Below are positions 35,182 to 45,500 of a stretch of 61,117 nt of DNA, piece after piece (position 1 is the first letter of the stretch; each line of letters opens with the position of its first letter). Below the pieces are notes generated by a model that did no database searches, had not been told where the DNA came from, and saw nothing but the letters and a program-made list of their open reading frames with translations. The stretch spans positions 1 through 61,117 of IMG/VR virus record IMGVR_UViG_3300044878_000080; one strand, written 5' to 3'. Position numbers and translations under genes: made by a program. The stretch is from a virus (Duplodnaviria > Caudoviricetes).

Positions 35182-35268
35182 CTATGAAAGCTTCCGCTTC
35201 CGCTGGATATTCCACTGGCGGAAGGGATACCTCAGCCAGTATCGGCGTGCCAGTCGCCAGCTCCGCAT
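35182..35268 (-). CDS. 28-aa cationic Arg/Trp-rich peptide coupled to the holin
   Basis: TAATG overlap; MRSWRLARRYWLRYPFRQWNIQRKRKLS. Confidence 0.5.
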   Translation of the reverse strand: MRSWRLARRYWLRYPFRQWNIQRKRKLS

Positions 35269-35540
35269 TAGAGGCCGGTGACATTTTCAGCTACCGGAGG
35301 CTTGGGAGCCACCTTCAGACGGAGCAGGTAGGCCCCCAGAGCGCTCAGGATCGACTTGACTACCAGAATCCCGGCTCCTGCCCAGAAGGCCGCTGTAGAG
35401 ACGTCTACGGCGTTCAGCAGTTCCAACAGCCCTGTGCCAATGAGCACAAGGGCGTCAGCGCCGAACGCAATGTACAGGGTGCGCCAAGCGCGGTTGAGTG
35501 CGTCGAGTCGGACGGATAGGGGTGCTGCGTGGTCTGCCAC
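35268..35540 (-). CDS. Holin
   Basis: RAWRT motif, two TM helices, directly after the endolysin. Confidence 0.8.
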   Translation of the reverse strand: MADHAAPLSVRLDALNRAWRTLYIAFGADALVLIGTGLLELLNAVDVSTAAFWAGAGILVVKSILSALGAYLLRLKVAPKPPVAENVTGL

Positions 35541-36251
35541 TTACTTGCCTGCCTTGATGATGTTGATAACGCGGTCTGCGTTCTTGTTGCTGGTGGTCTG
35601 GTTGAACACGCGGTCAGCGTAGGAAATCTCTGCTGCCTTGTCGTTGACCTGCTTGACAACGGTGGCCCGCGTCACGTCGTGGTACTGTTCAAGCATGGTG
35701 CCCAAGGTCTTGTAGATGAAGTCCTTGAGTTCCTGCATCTGTTCTGGTTTCACTTCTTCATCCTCCGGGGTGATGGTGCCCAGCGAAACGATTTCGCCGG
35801 GAAATTCGGTCATGTAAATTCGGGGGTCAATACGCCCGTAGGTTCCGTTGTAGGTGTTCCAGTTCGGGGGCAGGGCCTCAATGTGGCAGTGCGGGCCGGT
35901 TGCAGCCCCGGATTCCCCGGACTCAGCAACGACCTGACCCTTGACAACGCGGTCACCTTCCTTCACGAACACCTTTGACAAGTGCGCCCAGCCGAACGTC
36001 GGCTCGTCAGTACCACAGTCCTCCACGAGCGTCAAGCCGCCCATAGGCCCATAGAGCCATTCGTTGTTGTAGTTGGGGAAGTAGCCCGCCGCAACGATTA
36101 CACCGTCTCCTGCCGCGTGTACAGGCGTCCCCACAGGCACCGCTGCGTCCTCACCCGTGTGCTTCCCAGACAAGTTGTACTGCGTGTCGTTGGCACCGAA
36201 CTTCTGTGAGACTCGTGTGTCCCTAGCAAACGGGTACATGTAGGTTTTCAT
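35541..36251 (-). CDS. Endolysin, M23 peptidase
   Basis: HTGED (HxxxD), AHLS, TGPHCH (HxH). Confidence 0.9.
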   Translation of the reverse strand: MKTYMYPFARDTRVSQKFGANDTQYNLSGKHTGEDAAVPVGTPVHAAGDGVIVAAGYFPNYNNEWLYGPMGGLTLVEDCGTDEPTFGWAHLSKVFVKEGDRVVKGQVVAESGESGAATGPHCHIEALPPNWNTYNGTYGRIDPRIYMTEFPGEIVSLGTITPEDEEVKPEQMQELKDFIYKTLGTMLEQYHDVTRATVVKQVNDKAAEISYADRVFNQTTSNKNADRVINIIKAGK

Positions 36252-36607
36252 TATTCCAAGCCTTCCGGTCGCTTGATACGCATGTGTTCGGGAATCAACA
36301 GCTCAAGGATGCCGATGTGGGCGATAGCCCGGAGCAGCAGCCGTTCCTTCGCCCCGAGCTGAGCCTTTAGCTGCTCCTGCCCCTCCTCAAGCTTCTCGAT
36401 CTTCCCCGCGAGGAAGGTGAGTTGGCCCTGAAGGTTTTCCACAATGGAGTCCCATGTGGTGTTGATAGTCTTGTTGGCCTCATTCTCAGTAGTCCTGAGA
36501 CCGATCTTGCGGTTGGAGAACACCGTGACGCCAGCCCAGATGCCACCACCGCCGAAAAGCAGAGCAGACAATGCCCCCAATAGCAACACTGTCTGCTCAA
36601 TCGGCAT
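36251..36607 (-). CDS. Single-TM plus coiled-coil membrane protein (lysis cassette)
   Basis: N-terminal TM helix, heptad-rich C-terminus. Confidence 0.75.
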   Translation of the reverse strand: MPIEQTVLLLGALSALLFGGGGIWAGVTVFSNRKIGLRTTENEANKTINTTWDSIVENLQGQLTFLAGKIEKLEEGQEQLKAQLGAKERLLLRAIAHIGILELLIPEHMRIKRPEGLE

Positions 36608-37028
36608 GGTGAACAGCCCCCTGCAACTTGACAGCGCGAACCGTCTTCTGCCAGAACACCGTGAGGTCCACGATCCGAATGAGCATCAAGAGCACAAGGA
36701 CCGTGAAAAAGCTGGCCCCGGCAATGACCTTGTTGTTATTTACGGCGGAAACCCAAACAGCAGCAACGTACATGCTCGTTCCTGCCGTAAGGAAGAATAG
36801 CGAGACCCATTCAATGACGTAACGCTTCCACGCGGTAGCCAACATACACACCAGTCCGAACACCAGCATTGAGCCAACAATGCCGTAAGCCTCTGGCTTC
36901 AGTGAGCTTGGAGTGAACAAAATTGCGCCAATACCAGTGAGCGTACAAAAGGCGTAACTGGCTATGCGGAGTATCCACACGGTGAGTTCGGCCCACCGGG
37001 GATACCCGTGAACGATAAAAGGACTCAT
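36597..37028 (-). CDS. Four-TM membrane protein (holin-like, lysis cassette)
   Basis: Four hydrophobic segments; ATG 37028. Confidence 0.75.
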   Translation of the reverse strand: MSPFIVHGYPRWAELTVWILRIASYAFCTLTGIGAILFTPSSLKPEAYGIVGSMLVFGLVCMLATAWKRYVIEWVSLFFLTAGTSMYVAAVWVSAVNNNKVIAGASFFTVLVLLMLIRIVDLTVFWQKTVRAVKLQGAVHHAD

Positions 37029-37124
37029 ATAATCAGCACCCTGTGCTCCTGTTAGACAAAAAATTCCCTCATACCATAGTAACATTTGTGTGTCAATACG
37101 GTATGAGGGAATTGTTTGTGTAGG

Positions 37125-37679
37125 TTAGACGGGCACAGCCTGTACCATTGCCACAGTAAAGTGTGTCATGGCGAGGTTGGACGCTACCGCAGCACCGCCA
37201 GCCGCATCCCCTACCCACATGCTGAGGGTGTCACCGGCCACGCAGTTCACCACCGTACTGCACTTGGCTGCTTGGAAGAACGTAGCGTCAGACTTCTGGG
37301 AGTCCACTACGAGCTGGGTACTGCCTCTACGCAACTGGATTTCCGCCGTATGCCCTGCAATGTTCGTGACTCCCAGACCTCCCGACACCATATACATGCC
37401 CGGAGTGACCACAGTGACTACGCCACCTGAAATGTCAAGGCCCTGCTTGAAGCTGCCGTTGGACGTGTTGATCGTGACGTTGGCAATGGCCATAGTTGAG
37501 CTGAGGGTAGGGGCTGACGTGTAGCCAGCCTTCAGGCCGATAGCAAGCTCCTGCGTGCGTAGGCGGTCACCTATGCCGTCCTCAACGGACTGAGCCATTG
37601 TCTTGAGGTACACGTCAGGCTCAGCGGGGTCATTCTCATCTGGCGTCCAGATGAGGTCAAGGGCGGTAGTGCTTCCCAT
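37125..37679 (-). CDS. Minor tail / receptor-binding protein (C1q/TNF-like beta domain)
   Basis: VVTPGMYMVSG...VAGDTLSM. Confidence 0.7.
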   Translation of the reverse strand: MGSTTALDLIWTPDENDPAEPDVYLKTMAQSVEDGIGDRLRTQELAIGLKAGYTSAPTLSSTMAIANVTINTSNGSFKQGLDISGGVVTVVTPGMYMVSGGLGVTNIAGHTAEIQLRRGSTQLVVDSQKSDATFFQAAKCSTVVNCVAGDTLSMWVGDAAGGAAVASNLAMTHFTVAMVQAVPV

Positions 37680-37846
37680 TACAGCCCGTCCAGAGCGGCA
37701 GGCTCAACAACGACAGCGGCAGGGCGCGAGGGGTCAACCTGCATATTGATCTGGGGGATTTTAGTCACTGCATCCTCCAATGCCTTGATCTTTGTACGAA
37801 ACTCGTCAAGAGTCTGCTCAAGCTGCCCGAGATATTCCATGTCCAT
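37679..37846 (-). CDS. Small coiled-coil tail-module protein
   Basis: MDMEYLGQLEQTLDEFRTKIKALE; TAATG coupling. Confidence 0.6.
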   Translation of the reverse strand: MDMEYLGQLEQTLDEFRTKIKALEDAVTKIPQINMQVDPSRPAAVVVEPAALDGL

Positions 37847-37854
37847 ATGGCTAG

Positions 37855-38382
37855 TTACACCGCTTTCACTGATAGGCGGGCGCGATTTACAAAGCCAGCG
37901 CTGTTGGCACCGACCGTACACACCCCGTAGAGGTAGAGAGACAAATCCTGCACGCCCGGACGGGCGCTGATAACTGTTGAATACGAGGCACTGAAGGGCT
38001 TCCATGCCGTCTGCCCTACAGGGGCCTGTGCCACCACGCCGTACCTTGGAACGTCATAGTCAATCTGGTAGGGGTAGTCCACCGACTCAAACCCCGCACC
38101 CATGATTGCGCCGTCCCGCACCAGCCCCGCTAGCGAGACCGTAACCTCATACAGGCCGGAGGTGGAGAGGTAGCGTAGTGCCACGGCAGTGCTGGGGGAC
38201 ACCTTGCCATTGGTACCAAGGCTAAGGTTCTGCGCGCCTGATTCGGCGTACACAGTCTTGTCTGCGGTACCCGGCTTGCCGCCGAGCCTGCCCACAGCAG
38301 CCGCCAGCGAGTCCAGCCGTGACTCCACGGTGCGCGCCCACGGGAGGACGTTCGTTGGGACGCCCTTGGGGATGATTCCCAC
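37855..38382 (-). CDS. Minor tail protein
   Basis: PWARTVESRL N-terminal motif; position in tail module. Confidence 0.75.
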   Translation of the reverse strand: MGIIPKGVPTNVLPWARTVESRLDSLAAAVGRLGGKPGTADKTVYAESGAQNLSLGTNGKVSPSTAVALRYLSTSGLYEVTVSLAGLVRDGAIMGAGFESVDYPYQIDYDVPRYGVVAQAPVGQTAWKPFSASYSTVISARPGVQDLSLYLYGVCTVGANSAGFVNRARLSVKAV

Positions 38383-40518
38383 TTAGTTCACCTTCCGTAT
38401 GGGCTTGATGTTGACCTGCCTAATAGTCTTTCCGGCGTAATATGCCTTTTGCTGAGCAATAGTCATGCCGCTGAAGCTGCGCTTGAGCTGGTAGAGCGTG
38501 TTGTGCTGGGACGCCGAACCTGAGAGCACAGTGGGGCTTTGGCCCGCGCTGACGACTCTGAGAATGTTCCCATCCATCTTGACTACTGCCCCAACAGGAT
38601 ACGTTCCTAGCTTGCTTACCCCGTCGTATGCAATCGGCTCAGCAAGGCTGACCGTGACTTCAGGTGTTGCGAACGTCCGGGCTGCGTACACGGCTGCGTC
38701 GTAGGCATGTTCGGCACTGCCGATGAAGGGGCTGTCAAGAGTCACGCCCACGTCCTTAGCCGCCTTGGCCTTGCCGGTACCTACCTTCAGCGTCTTTGGG
38801 TCAGACAGGATGCCCAGACCCGTGACGTACAGGGCAGGACGGCCCGCGTCACCTTCAGAGATTCGGTACGGTGCGCGGATAGAGTCAAAGTCAGGCCCCT
38901 TGATGGTGACTTTGATTTCACCCTCCACGTCAGTAATGTCCGTGGTGATCTTGCCGCCCTGATCTGCCCAGAAGGTAGGGCTGACAATGTAGCCGTCCGA
39001 ACCTGTGACCACGTACTGCCCCGCTCCCGTCTTGTAGGGGAATGGGCTGATGCCTGAGACACAGACCGGCTGGGAGGTTTCCAGAATCGAGTGGGGAGTC
39101 TGTACAGTGAACTCCTGCACTTCCCCCACAGCCACCTGATAAACAGAGTCGGCCTTCCAGAGCACAGTGGGGGTGATCCCCGTGGCCTTGTGGTTGTTGT
39201 TGACAACCTCCACATTGCGGGCCTGCTCGCGGTCCTGAACTGTGGTGGTGCCCTCGCTGAGGCTGGCACCTACTACCACGTCACGCTTACGGGGGCCGAT
39301 GGTCAGCTTGCCGTTGACAAACCCAATGTCAAGGTGGTATAGGCTGCAATACTGCTTGATGTGCTCCCAGACGTTTCCGCTGAAGCCAACCATGAACCTG
39401 TCCCCCCGAACACCGGGGGTGAGGGCCTTGGCGTCAGCGAACCGCTCCGCAGGGTCAGCCTTCATACGGGACACGAACATGCTGGAATACGCCAGCTCAC
39501 TGCCCGAGCCGCCCGTGTTGCCGTGGAACTTCACTGAGGTCAGCGACAGGTTGCCCTTGATGTTGGATGCGAAGAGCACCGTTTGGGTGTCCTTGAGCAC
39601 ACCGGCACTGTCGAACACCTTGAGGGTAAGGCGGGTGTTGGAGCCTGACCGGCTGACACTCGTGTACGCCGAATACATGTCACCCTTGGGCACAACAGAC
39701 GTGATGCGGGTGGTATACGGGCTGTTGCCGTTGTCATCCGAGGACTTGAGCGTGAAGCCACCATCGGAGGCCACTGAGAGCCGGATAGCGGGCTTAGCGC
39801 CACCGGAGCGCTTCAGGTACCACGTCAGCTCTGCCGTGCGCCCTGTGCCTACGAGGTCAACGTCCACGCCGAACACAAGGCGCTCCGTGTTATCCGGGAC
39901 CGGAGTGGCAAGGTAGCGGTCCTTGGGGAACGTCGCAATCGCGTCAAAGTCGTAGCCGAAGCCAGACATGATACGTCCGTAGCGAGAGGTCATACTACCG
40001 GCAGTGCCACCAGCGTTGACGATACGGTTTGAGCGAAGCGGGCGGGTGTAGTCTCGGGCGAACAAGCCGAAGTGTCCGTAGCCTGACTGGTACAGCAGAA
40101 CGTCGCCGGTCACCTTCGTGTAGAACAGGCCACACTGCTGTGTCCAATATTCAAGGCAGTACAGGGGCATGTAAGCATTGTCAGAGGTGAGTCCGTAGTC
40201 AGCCAAGGGGTAGGTGCGAAGCTCAGAGTTGAGCCGTACCATGATGCTATCCACGCTAGCGTTGTAGAGGGCAGAATTGGACGCCTTGGACCGGCTAACA
40301 ACCTTACCCTCAAATGACCCTATGGACGGTGAAGACACGGTGAGGTCTTCACCAATCAGGTACTCAGTGTCCGTACCATTAGCGAACGTCGTTGTCAAGG
40401 TCGGCACAGAGCCGGTGGAGTCTGCGGGATCGGCAGACACCGCTGTGGTGGACACGTTGAACGTGCTAATATCACCTAGCTTTGCTAGCTGGCTGGAACT
40501 TTTTACGACGGTGGGCAC
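38383..40518 (-). CDS. Minor tail (tail-tip hub-like) protein
   Basis: Large beta-rich protein downstream of tape measure; GTG 40518 with GGAAGGA RBS. Confidence 0.75.
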   Translation of the reverse strand: MPTVVKSSSQLAKLGDISTFNVSTTAVSADPADSTGSVPTLTTTFANGTDTEYLIGEDLTVSSPSIGSFEGKVVSRSKASNSALYNASVDSIMVRLNSELRTYPLADYGLTSDNAYMPLYCLEYWTQQCGLFYTKVTGDVLLYQSGYGHFGLFARDYTRPLRSNRIVNAGGTAGSMTSRYGRIMSGFGYDFDAIATFPKDRYLATPVPDNTERLVFGVDVDLVGTGRTAELTWYLKRSGGAKPAIRLSVASDGGFTLKSSDDNGNSPYTTRITSVVPKGDMYSAYTSVSRSGSNTRLTLKVFDSAGVLKDTQTVLFASNIKGNLSLTSVKFHGNTGGSGSELAYSSMFVSRMKADPAERFADAKALTPGVRGDRFMVGFSGNVWEHIKQYCSLYHLDIGFVNGKLTIGPRKRDVVVGASLSEGTTTVQDREQARNVEVVNNNHKATGITPTVLWKADSVYQVAVGEVQEFTVQTPHSILETSQPVCVSGISPFPYKTGAGQYVVTGSDGYIVSPTFWADQGGKITTDITDVEGEIKVTIKGPDFDSIRAPYRISEGDAGRPALYVTGLGILSDPKTLKVGTGKAKAAKDVGVTLDSPFIGSAEHAYDAAVYAARTFATPEVTVSLAEPIAYDGVSKLGTYPVGAVVKMDGNILRVVSAGQSPTVLSGSASQHNTLYQLKRSFSGMTIAQQKAYYAGKTIRQVNIKPIRKVN

Positions 40519-40605
40519 TTGATTTAGTCCTTCCGGTGTGCTATGCGTCAAGTCTATCAAACGACCAAAAAGCCCCCGCTACGGCGGGGGCTTTCAGACT
40601 GCTTA

Positions 40606-41622
40606 CTACGGAATACCTATCACACCGTAGAGCCAGATATTCCCCAGCGGGTAAGCAACTGTGTCCACGGTCTGCGGGTTTATGTCAACGTTCTTTGCCG
40701 AACCGTGGGTCAGGTAGAACTTCATGTTGGTGTTCGGGGTGGTCACGTAGTTCCCCGAGTGGTCCCGTACACCGATCTCGATAAACGTTGAGCCGGTGGG
40801 GGATGAGTCGGGGGAGACGCTGTACTCGTAGTCCCCGCCGCGTGGCATGATGCTGACTGAATAAGTCATGTCACTGGCGATAGCCTTGTGATCCAGATGG
40901 ATTTTCCCGCCTGAGAACGTAATGCCGTTGAAATTGTTGTCCTGAGATACCCATGAGGTGCCGTTGTAGTACACGTAATCAGAGACGGGGGGCACAAGCC
41001 GTGTCATCTTTATGTCGGTATACGCGGGCGTTACGCTACACCCCATCATGAATCCTGCTTGGGCAAGTGTTTCATCCGGCAGAGCAATAAAGGTAATGGT
41101 CATATTGCCATTAATGGAGGGGTAATTCACCCGGATTTTGCTGGTGTCCGTGGTGATGCTGTCAATGTTGACAGGGCGGTGCGTGCTGGATTCCGTCAAA
41201 AGCTGGAAATAGCTGGTGCCTGCCCCGTCATTGCGGATAACCCCAGCAATGAACGCATACTTGTTGCCGTCCCTTGCCGCAAGGTCAGCCGCCTCGCGCG
41301 CGTCAACATAGCTCTTGTTGGCTGCGTCAGTGCCGCCTGTCGGGGACGTGACACCCAACCGCCCGTCAGAGTACCGCATAGCCAGCGTAGAGCCTGTAGG
41401 GCTACCAGTGGCCGCGTCAAGCTCTGCCTTGTCAGCAGCGGACATGAAGCCCGCTGCCCCAGACGTGGCGGCAGAGTGAGTGTGGGACGTGGAAGCTTTA
41501 CCCGCGAGAGCGGAAGTCGTGGCAGCGGCGTCAGCCTTGGCCGCTAGGTCAGTTTCAAGGGAGTTGAGGTTAGCGGCAGAGATTGCGAGACCGCCGCCGT
41601 TTACCCAAGTACGAGTTGCCAT
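40606..41622 (-). CDS. Tail fibre / receptor-binding protein
   Basis: ISAANLNSLE, HTH, AGFMSAADK, DAANKSYVD fibre motifs. Confidence 0.75.
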   Translation of the reverse strand: MATRTWVNGGGLAISAANLNSLETDLAAKADAAATTSALAGKASTSHTHSAATSGAAGFMSAADKAELDAATGSPTGSTLAMRYSDGRLGVTSPTGGTDAANKSYVDAREAADLAARDGNKYAFIAGVIRNDGAGTSYFQLLTESSTHRPVNIDSITTDTSKIRVNYPSINGNMTITFIALPDETLAQAGFMMGCSVTPAYTDIKMTRLVPPVSDYVYYNGTSWVSQDNNFNGITFSGGKIHLDHKAIASDMTYSVSIMPRGGDYEYSVSPDSSPTGSTFIEIGVRDHSGNYVTTPNTNMKFYLTHGSAKNVDINPQTVDTVAYPLGNIWLYGVIGIP

Positions 41623-41634
41623 TAGATAAATTCC

Positions 41635-42591
41635 TTAGTTGTTCGGGTCACGGCTTACTTCACAAATGTCAACGGAGAATCCGATACGGTCAATTACCGC
41701 CGAATCCAACTTGCCCCCTAGAACTCCCGTGAATTGTACGGGGCCTGTACCCATTCCGGCACGGAACATTGTATTAGTGTTCGGGCCAGCCGGGAACAGA
41801 AGCATTCCGGGGTAGAGGGTCAAAGAGGGGTAAAGCGCTGGGTCCAGACCATAAATGTATGGCGTGTACGTCCGGTAGTCGTTGATAGCCAAGTCAATGT
41901 GCGCCAGTGTTAGCACAGAACCGGTAGGGTTGTAGGGCACCAGCTTGACGGCTGCTACATCGTTGGCGTTGGCCTCAGCCTGCGTCACGAGCAGCGTTGG
42001 AACATCGTTGGTCACAGTCGGCACAAGGGTGAAGTCCCTAGTCCACGCGCGGGTGGAGCGCTTGTAGCGGTACACCCTCACAGCAGCGGTGCCCGTCCGG
42101 GAACCCCATGTAGACGTGTAGAGCGGCTGTCCGGGGATGACAGGTACAACGATGGGGGTGGGAAACTCGTCAGGATCATCGGCATTGCCGGTGAACGTGA
42201 CCTGCCTACCCTCTGGCGTTAGCGTCTGGGTGGAGACAACTGGATCGCCCCAGCCGTTGCAAACATGCGCCAGCAGATGACTTGCAGCCCACTTGGCCGG
42301 TAGGAGATTGTACCCCTGCACACCTGCCAGTGAGTCAGTGATGTAGTAGGGGCCGCTACCGTAAATGCCTGCGTATACGTCTACGAGAGGCTGAAGCTTC
42401 ATGGCCCCGCCACGCCAGCTCATGTTGTACGTCTTGTAGGTCACCGGGGCACGGTATACTGCCTGTTCACCGGAGAGCAGTGTCGTGGTCTCAGTCACGA
42501 GGTTCACGTCACTGCCCATCCCCGATTGGGGCCAAGGTACTTCTACCTGTGCCCCAATCGGGCCGAACAGCATAGTCTTGTTGACTGCCAC
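41635..42591 (-). CDS. Distal tail-like minor tail protein
   Basis: Immediately downstream of tape measure. Confidence 0.7.
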   Translation of the reverse strand: MAVNKTMLFGPIGAQVEVPWPQSGMGSDVNLVTETTTLLSGEQAVYRAPVTYKTYNMSWRGGAMKLQPLVDVYAGIYGSGPYYITDSLAGVQGYNLLPAKWAASHLLAHVCNGWGDPVVSTQTLTPEGRQVTFTGNADDPDEFPTPIVVPVIPGQPLYTSTWGSRTGTAAVRVYRYKRSTRAWTRDFTLVPTVTNDVPTLLVTQAEANANDVAAVKLVPYNPTGSVLTLAHIDLAINDYRTYTPYIYGLDPALYPSLTLYPGMLLFPAGPNTNTMFRAGMGTGPVQFTGVLGGKLDSAVIDRIGFSVDICEVSRDPNN

Positions 42592-45500
42592 TTAGTTAGC
42601 TCCCTGAGAGGCTAGAATCTGGTTGCCGTCGTTTACAGACTGGGCAAGCTGGGTTGAATCTGCGTACAGGTTGATTTGCGGCAACCGCTGTATAGCAGCA
42701 ATGTTCTCTGCTGTCAATTCTACCAGCACAGGGCCATTGGAGCCTGCCCCGCTGTTGCGCCCGCCAACCTGACCACCAGCGTTGAAGGCTGGCATCTTCA
42801 TGTTGTTCAGGTTCTTGAAGAAGTCCAAGCCCCAGTAGTCAACGGCAGGCTGCTGTACAATGAACTCGCCCGAGCGAACCTTAATCATTCCCTTGCCGTC
42901 AACCGTGGCGAACTTGTTGTCTGCCCGTGGATCGGAGGGGGACTGACCCGGAACCATGCCGCCCCCGGCAAAGCCGGGAACCTGACCGCCACGGTTGAAC
43001 AGAATCTCGTTGGTCCGTGTGCCGTCAGCACGAACCACGCGGTAGCTAGGCTGTCCGTTGGCCACGGTGTTGCCGGTTTTCTCAAGGTGGCCCTTGAAGT
43101 TGGCCGTGACCGTGACTTCCTTGTTCCGAAGCCCCGAGAGCTGGCTAGCAATGCCGCTCAGGGCGTTGGATGCCTGCCCCGTGTTGGCCGTGACAGTCGT
43201 GGGCTTGGTCCGTGGCACACCATCAACGACGCGAATGTACCGGCCCATCTCGCCAGTCAAGTCCTTGACAGCCGCCTTGTTCCGGTAGACCTGACCAGCA
43301 TCCGTCTGGAACTGAGCCGTGAGCTTCTGCGCGTAAGCCTTGACCTCCTGCTGTGACGCTCCCGTAGCAGCGTAGGCCGCTACCATGTCAAGCATCTTGG
43401 ACTCAAGCCCCCGCAGAGCTTCACGGTTTGCAATGGCTGCATCCGAGTAGCCCTTGAAGTTTCCAATGCCAGCCTGCAATGAAGCTGAGGTCTTAGCGTT
43501 GGCGTCGATGTCAACCTGCTTGGCAGCAGCCGCGTCCAGCGCGGTCTGCTCCTGATTGGCATAGTCAGCAGCGCGGTCAACCTCACCGTACTTCTGTGAG
43601 ATAGCCTTCTCAATGCCAGCCTTGCGGGCTGTGATGAGGTCTTCCTTGCGGGCGTTGTTCAGTTCTTTTTGCTTGGCAATCAAGTCCTTGATCTGTGCCA
43701 GTTCGTCGTCACGCTTTTTCTTGATAGCGTTCAAAGCGGAATGGTACTCATCCGTGGCCTTGGTCAGACCATACTGCTTGTCGAACGCGGAAGTCAGGCC
43801 GGTCTTCAGACGGTTGGCGTAATCGTCAGCAGCCTTGGCAGCGTCGTCAACACCGTCCGCCATATCCTTGCCAGCCTGCTTGCCAGCGTCACCGGCACCC
43901 TTTGCCGCCTTGGCAGCATCGTTGTAGCCGTTGTTCAGAGCACCGAAGTTCGGCTGTGCAACTGCCGGGGCAGCTACCGGAGCAGCAGCCTGTACGGCAG
44001 GGGCAGCAGCGCGGGAAGCGTCAGCCTGTGGACCGAAGTAGGTCTGTGCCCCCTTGCCGTCCCAGCCCTTGCCGAGAGCGTCATTGGACGCACCCTTGAG
44101 GAAGCCCTTGGCGTTCTGGGACATGGCGAGAACATTGTTGTACGCCGTCTGAAGGTTGGCGAGTTCCTGCCGCGCGTAGGTGCTGAAGTTCTGGACGTTC
44201 GTGATTGCCGTGGACGTGTCCGCACCGATAGGCGCGACGTAGGTACCGTTGGTAATCGACGTGATGAGAGCGTACAGTTCGTTGGACTTCTCAGCAGCCG
44301 GGTTGGTCAGCGCATCCATCACCACGGCGTAAGGGTAGCCGGTGATTTCAACCAAGGCGTTAGCCAGTTGTGCCGTCTTGCCCGTAGCCGAATCCGTGTT
44401 GGCGTCCATGTAGAACGTCGGCTTGTTGGCCGAGACGAACTGCTGAAGAGCGTCAGTGGTCAGCTTGACCTCTGTGAGCACAGGGCCAGCCTCAACCTTG
44501 GGCGTGATGGTCGGCTGTGCGGAAGCAAACGTGTCACCGAAGATGCCCTTGGCCTGATCCGCGAGGGCCTGTACCTGAGCCACGTCAACACCCTTTGACG
44601 CGAGCTGCTGAAGCAGCCCGTCAATGAACGCCGTGTAGTTGCCAGCAGCCTGCTCAGCCGTCTGCTTGCCCGAGTCAATGAGCTGCTGCTGTTCCACAGC
44701 AGCAGCCTTCAGGGTGTCCTGAAAGTTCTTGAGGTTGGTACGCCCACCGTCAGTGCCAGTGCCAATGTCCGTGCTCTTGGCAAGGCCCTCACCCAAGCTG
44801 GACAGTGCGGAGTCAGTGCCCGCGGCAGCGTCCACCAGCCCGAAGATAGCGTCAACAGCCTTGCCGATCTGAGTTGCAGCGTCCTCAGCCTCAGCGCCAA
44901 CGCCGTCAAGCCCTTCCTTCAGACCCTCAGCTTCAGGGGCAGCGGAGCCAGCAGCCCCACCCACCTTCTTTACGGCGTCGTCTGTGGCGTTCAGACCCTC
45001 AGTGGTTTTTGCACTGGCGTTGCCAATGTCAGTGACCTTCTGTACGAGGAAGTCAAGCTGCCCCCGGTGGTTCTGGGAACCTACGTTGCCAGCCTGCAAG
45101 TCCTTGAAGTCGCTGAAGCCCTTGTTGCGTGCTACCTCATCCATGACCGCGAGGACTTCCTTACCGGCGTCCCGTCCCTTGGTAGCAGCAGCGGCCAGCT
45201 TCTCAAACGGCACCCCTGCGTCCTTGGCAACCTCAACCAGTGTTCGGTCAAGGTTGCCAACAGCGATAGCGTCAGTGAGGGACACCTTGATCTGGGCCAA
45301 CGACTCACCAGCAGCGCGCACCCCAGCGTCAGCACCGTTCTTGATGCCCCGGGCAATGGCGTCACCGGCTGCGTCAGCCTCTTCCTTTGTGCTGACAAGC
45401 ATGGTAATGACAGCGCCAAGGCCCAGCACAAGGGCACCGATGGGACCGCCCACGAGACCAAGCATGGCAGAGCTAGCGCCCTTCAGACCGGATGCAAACC

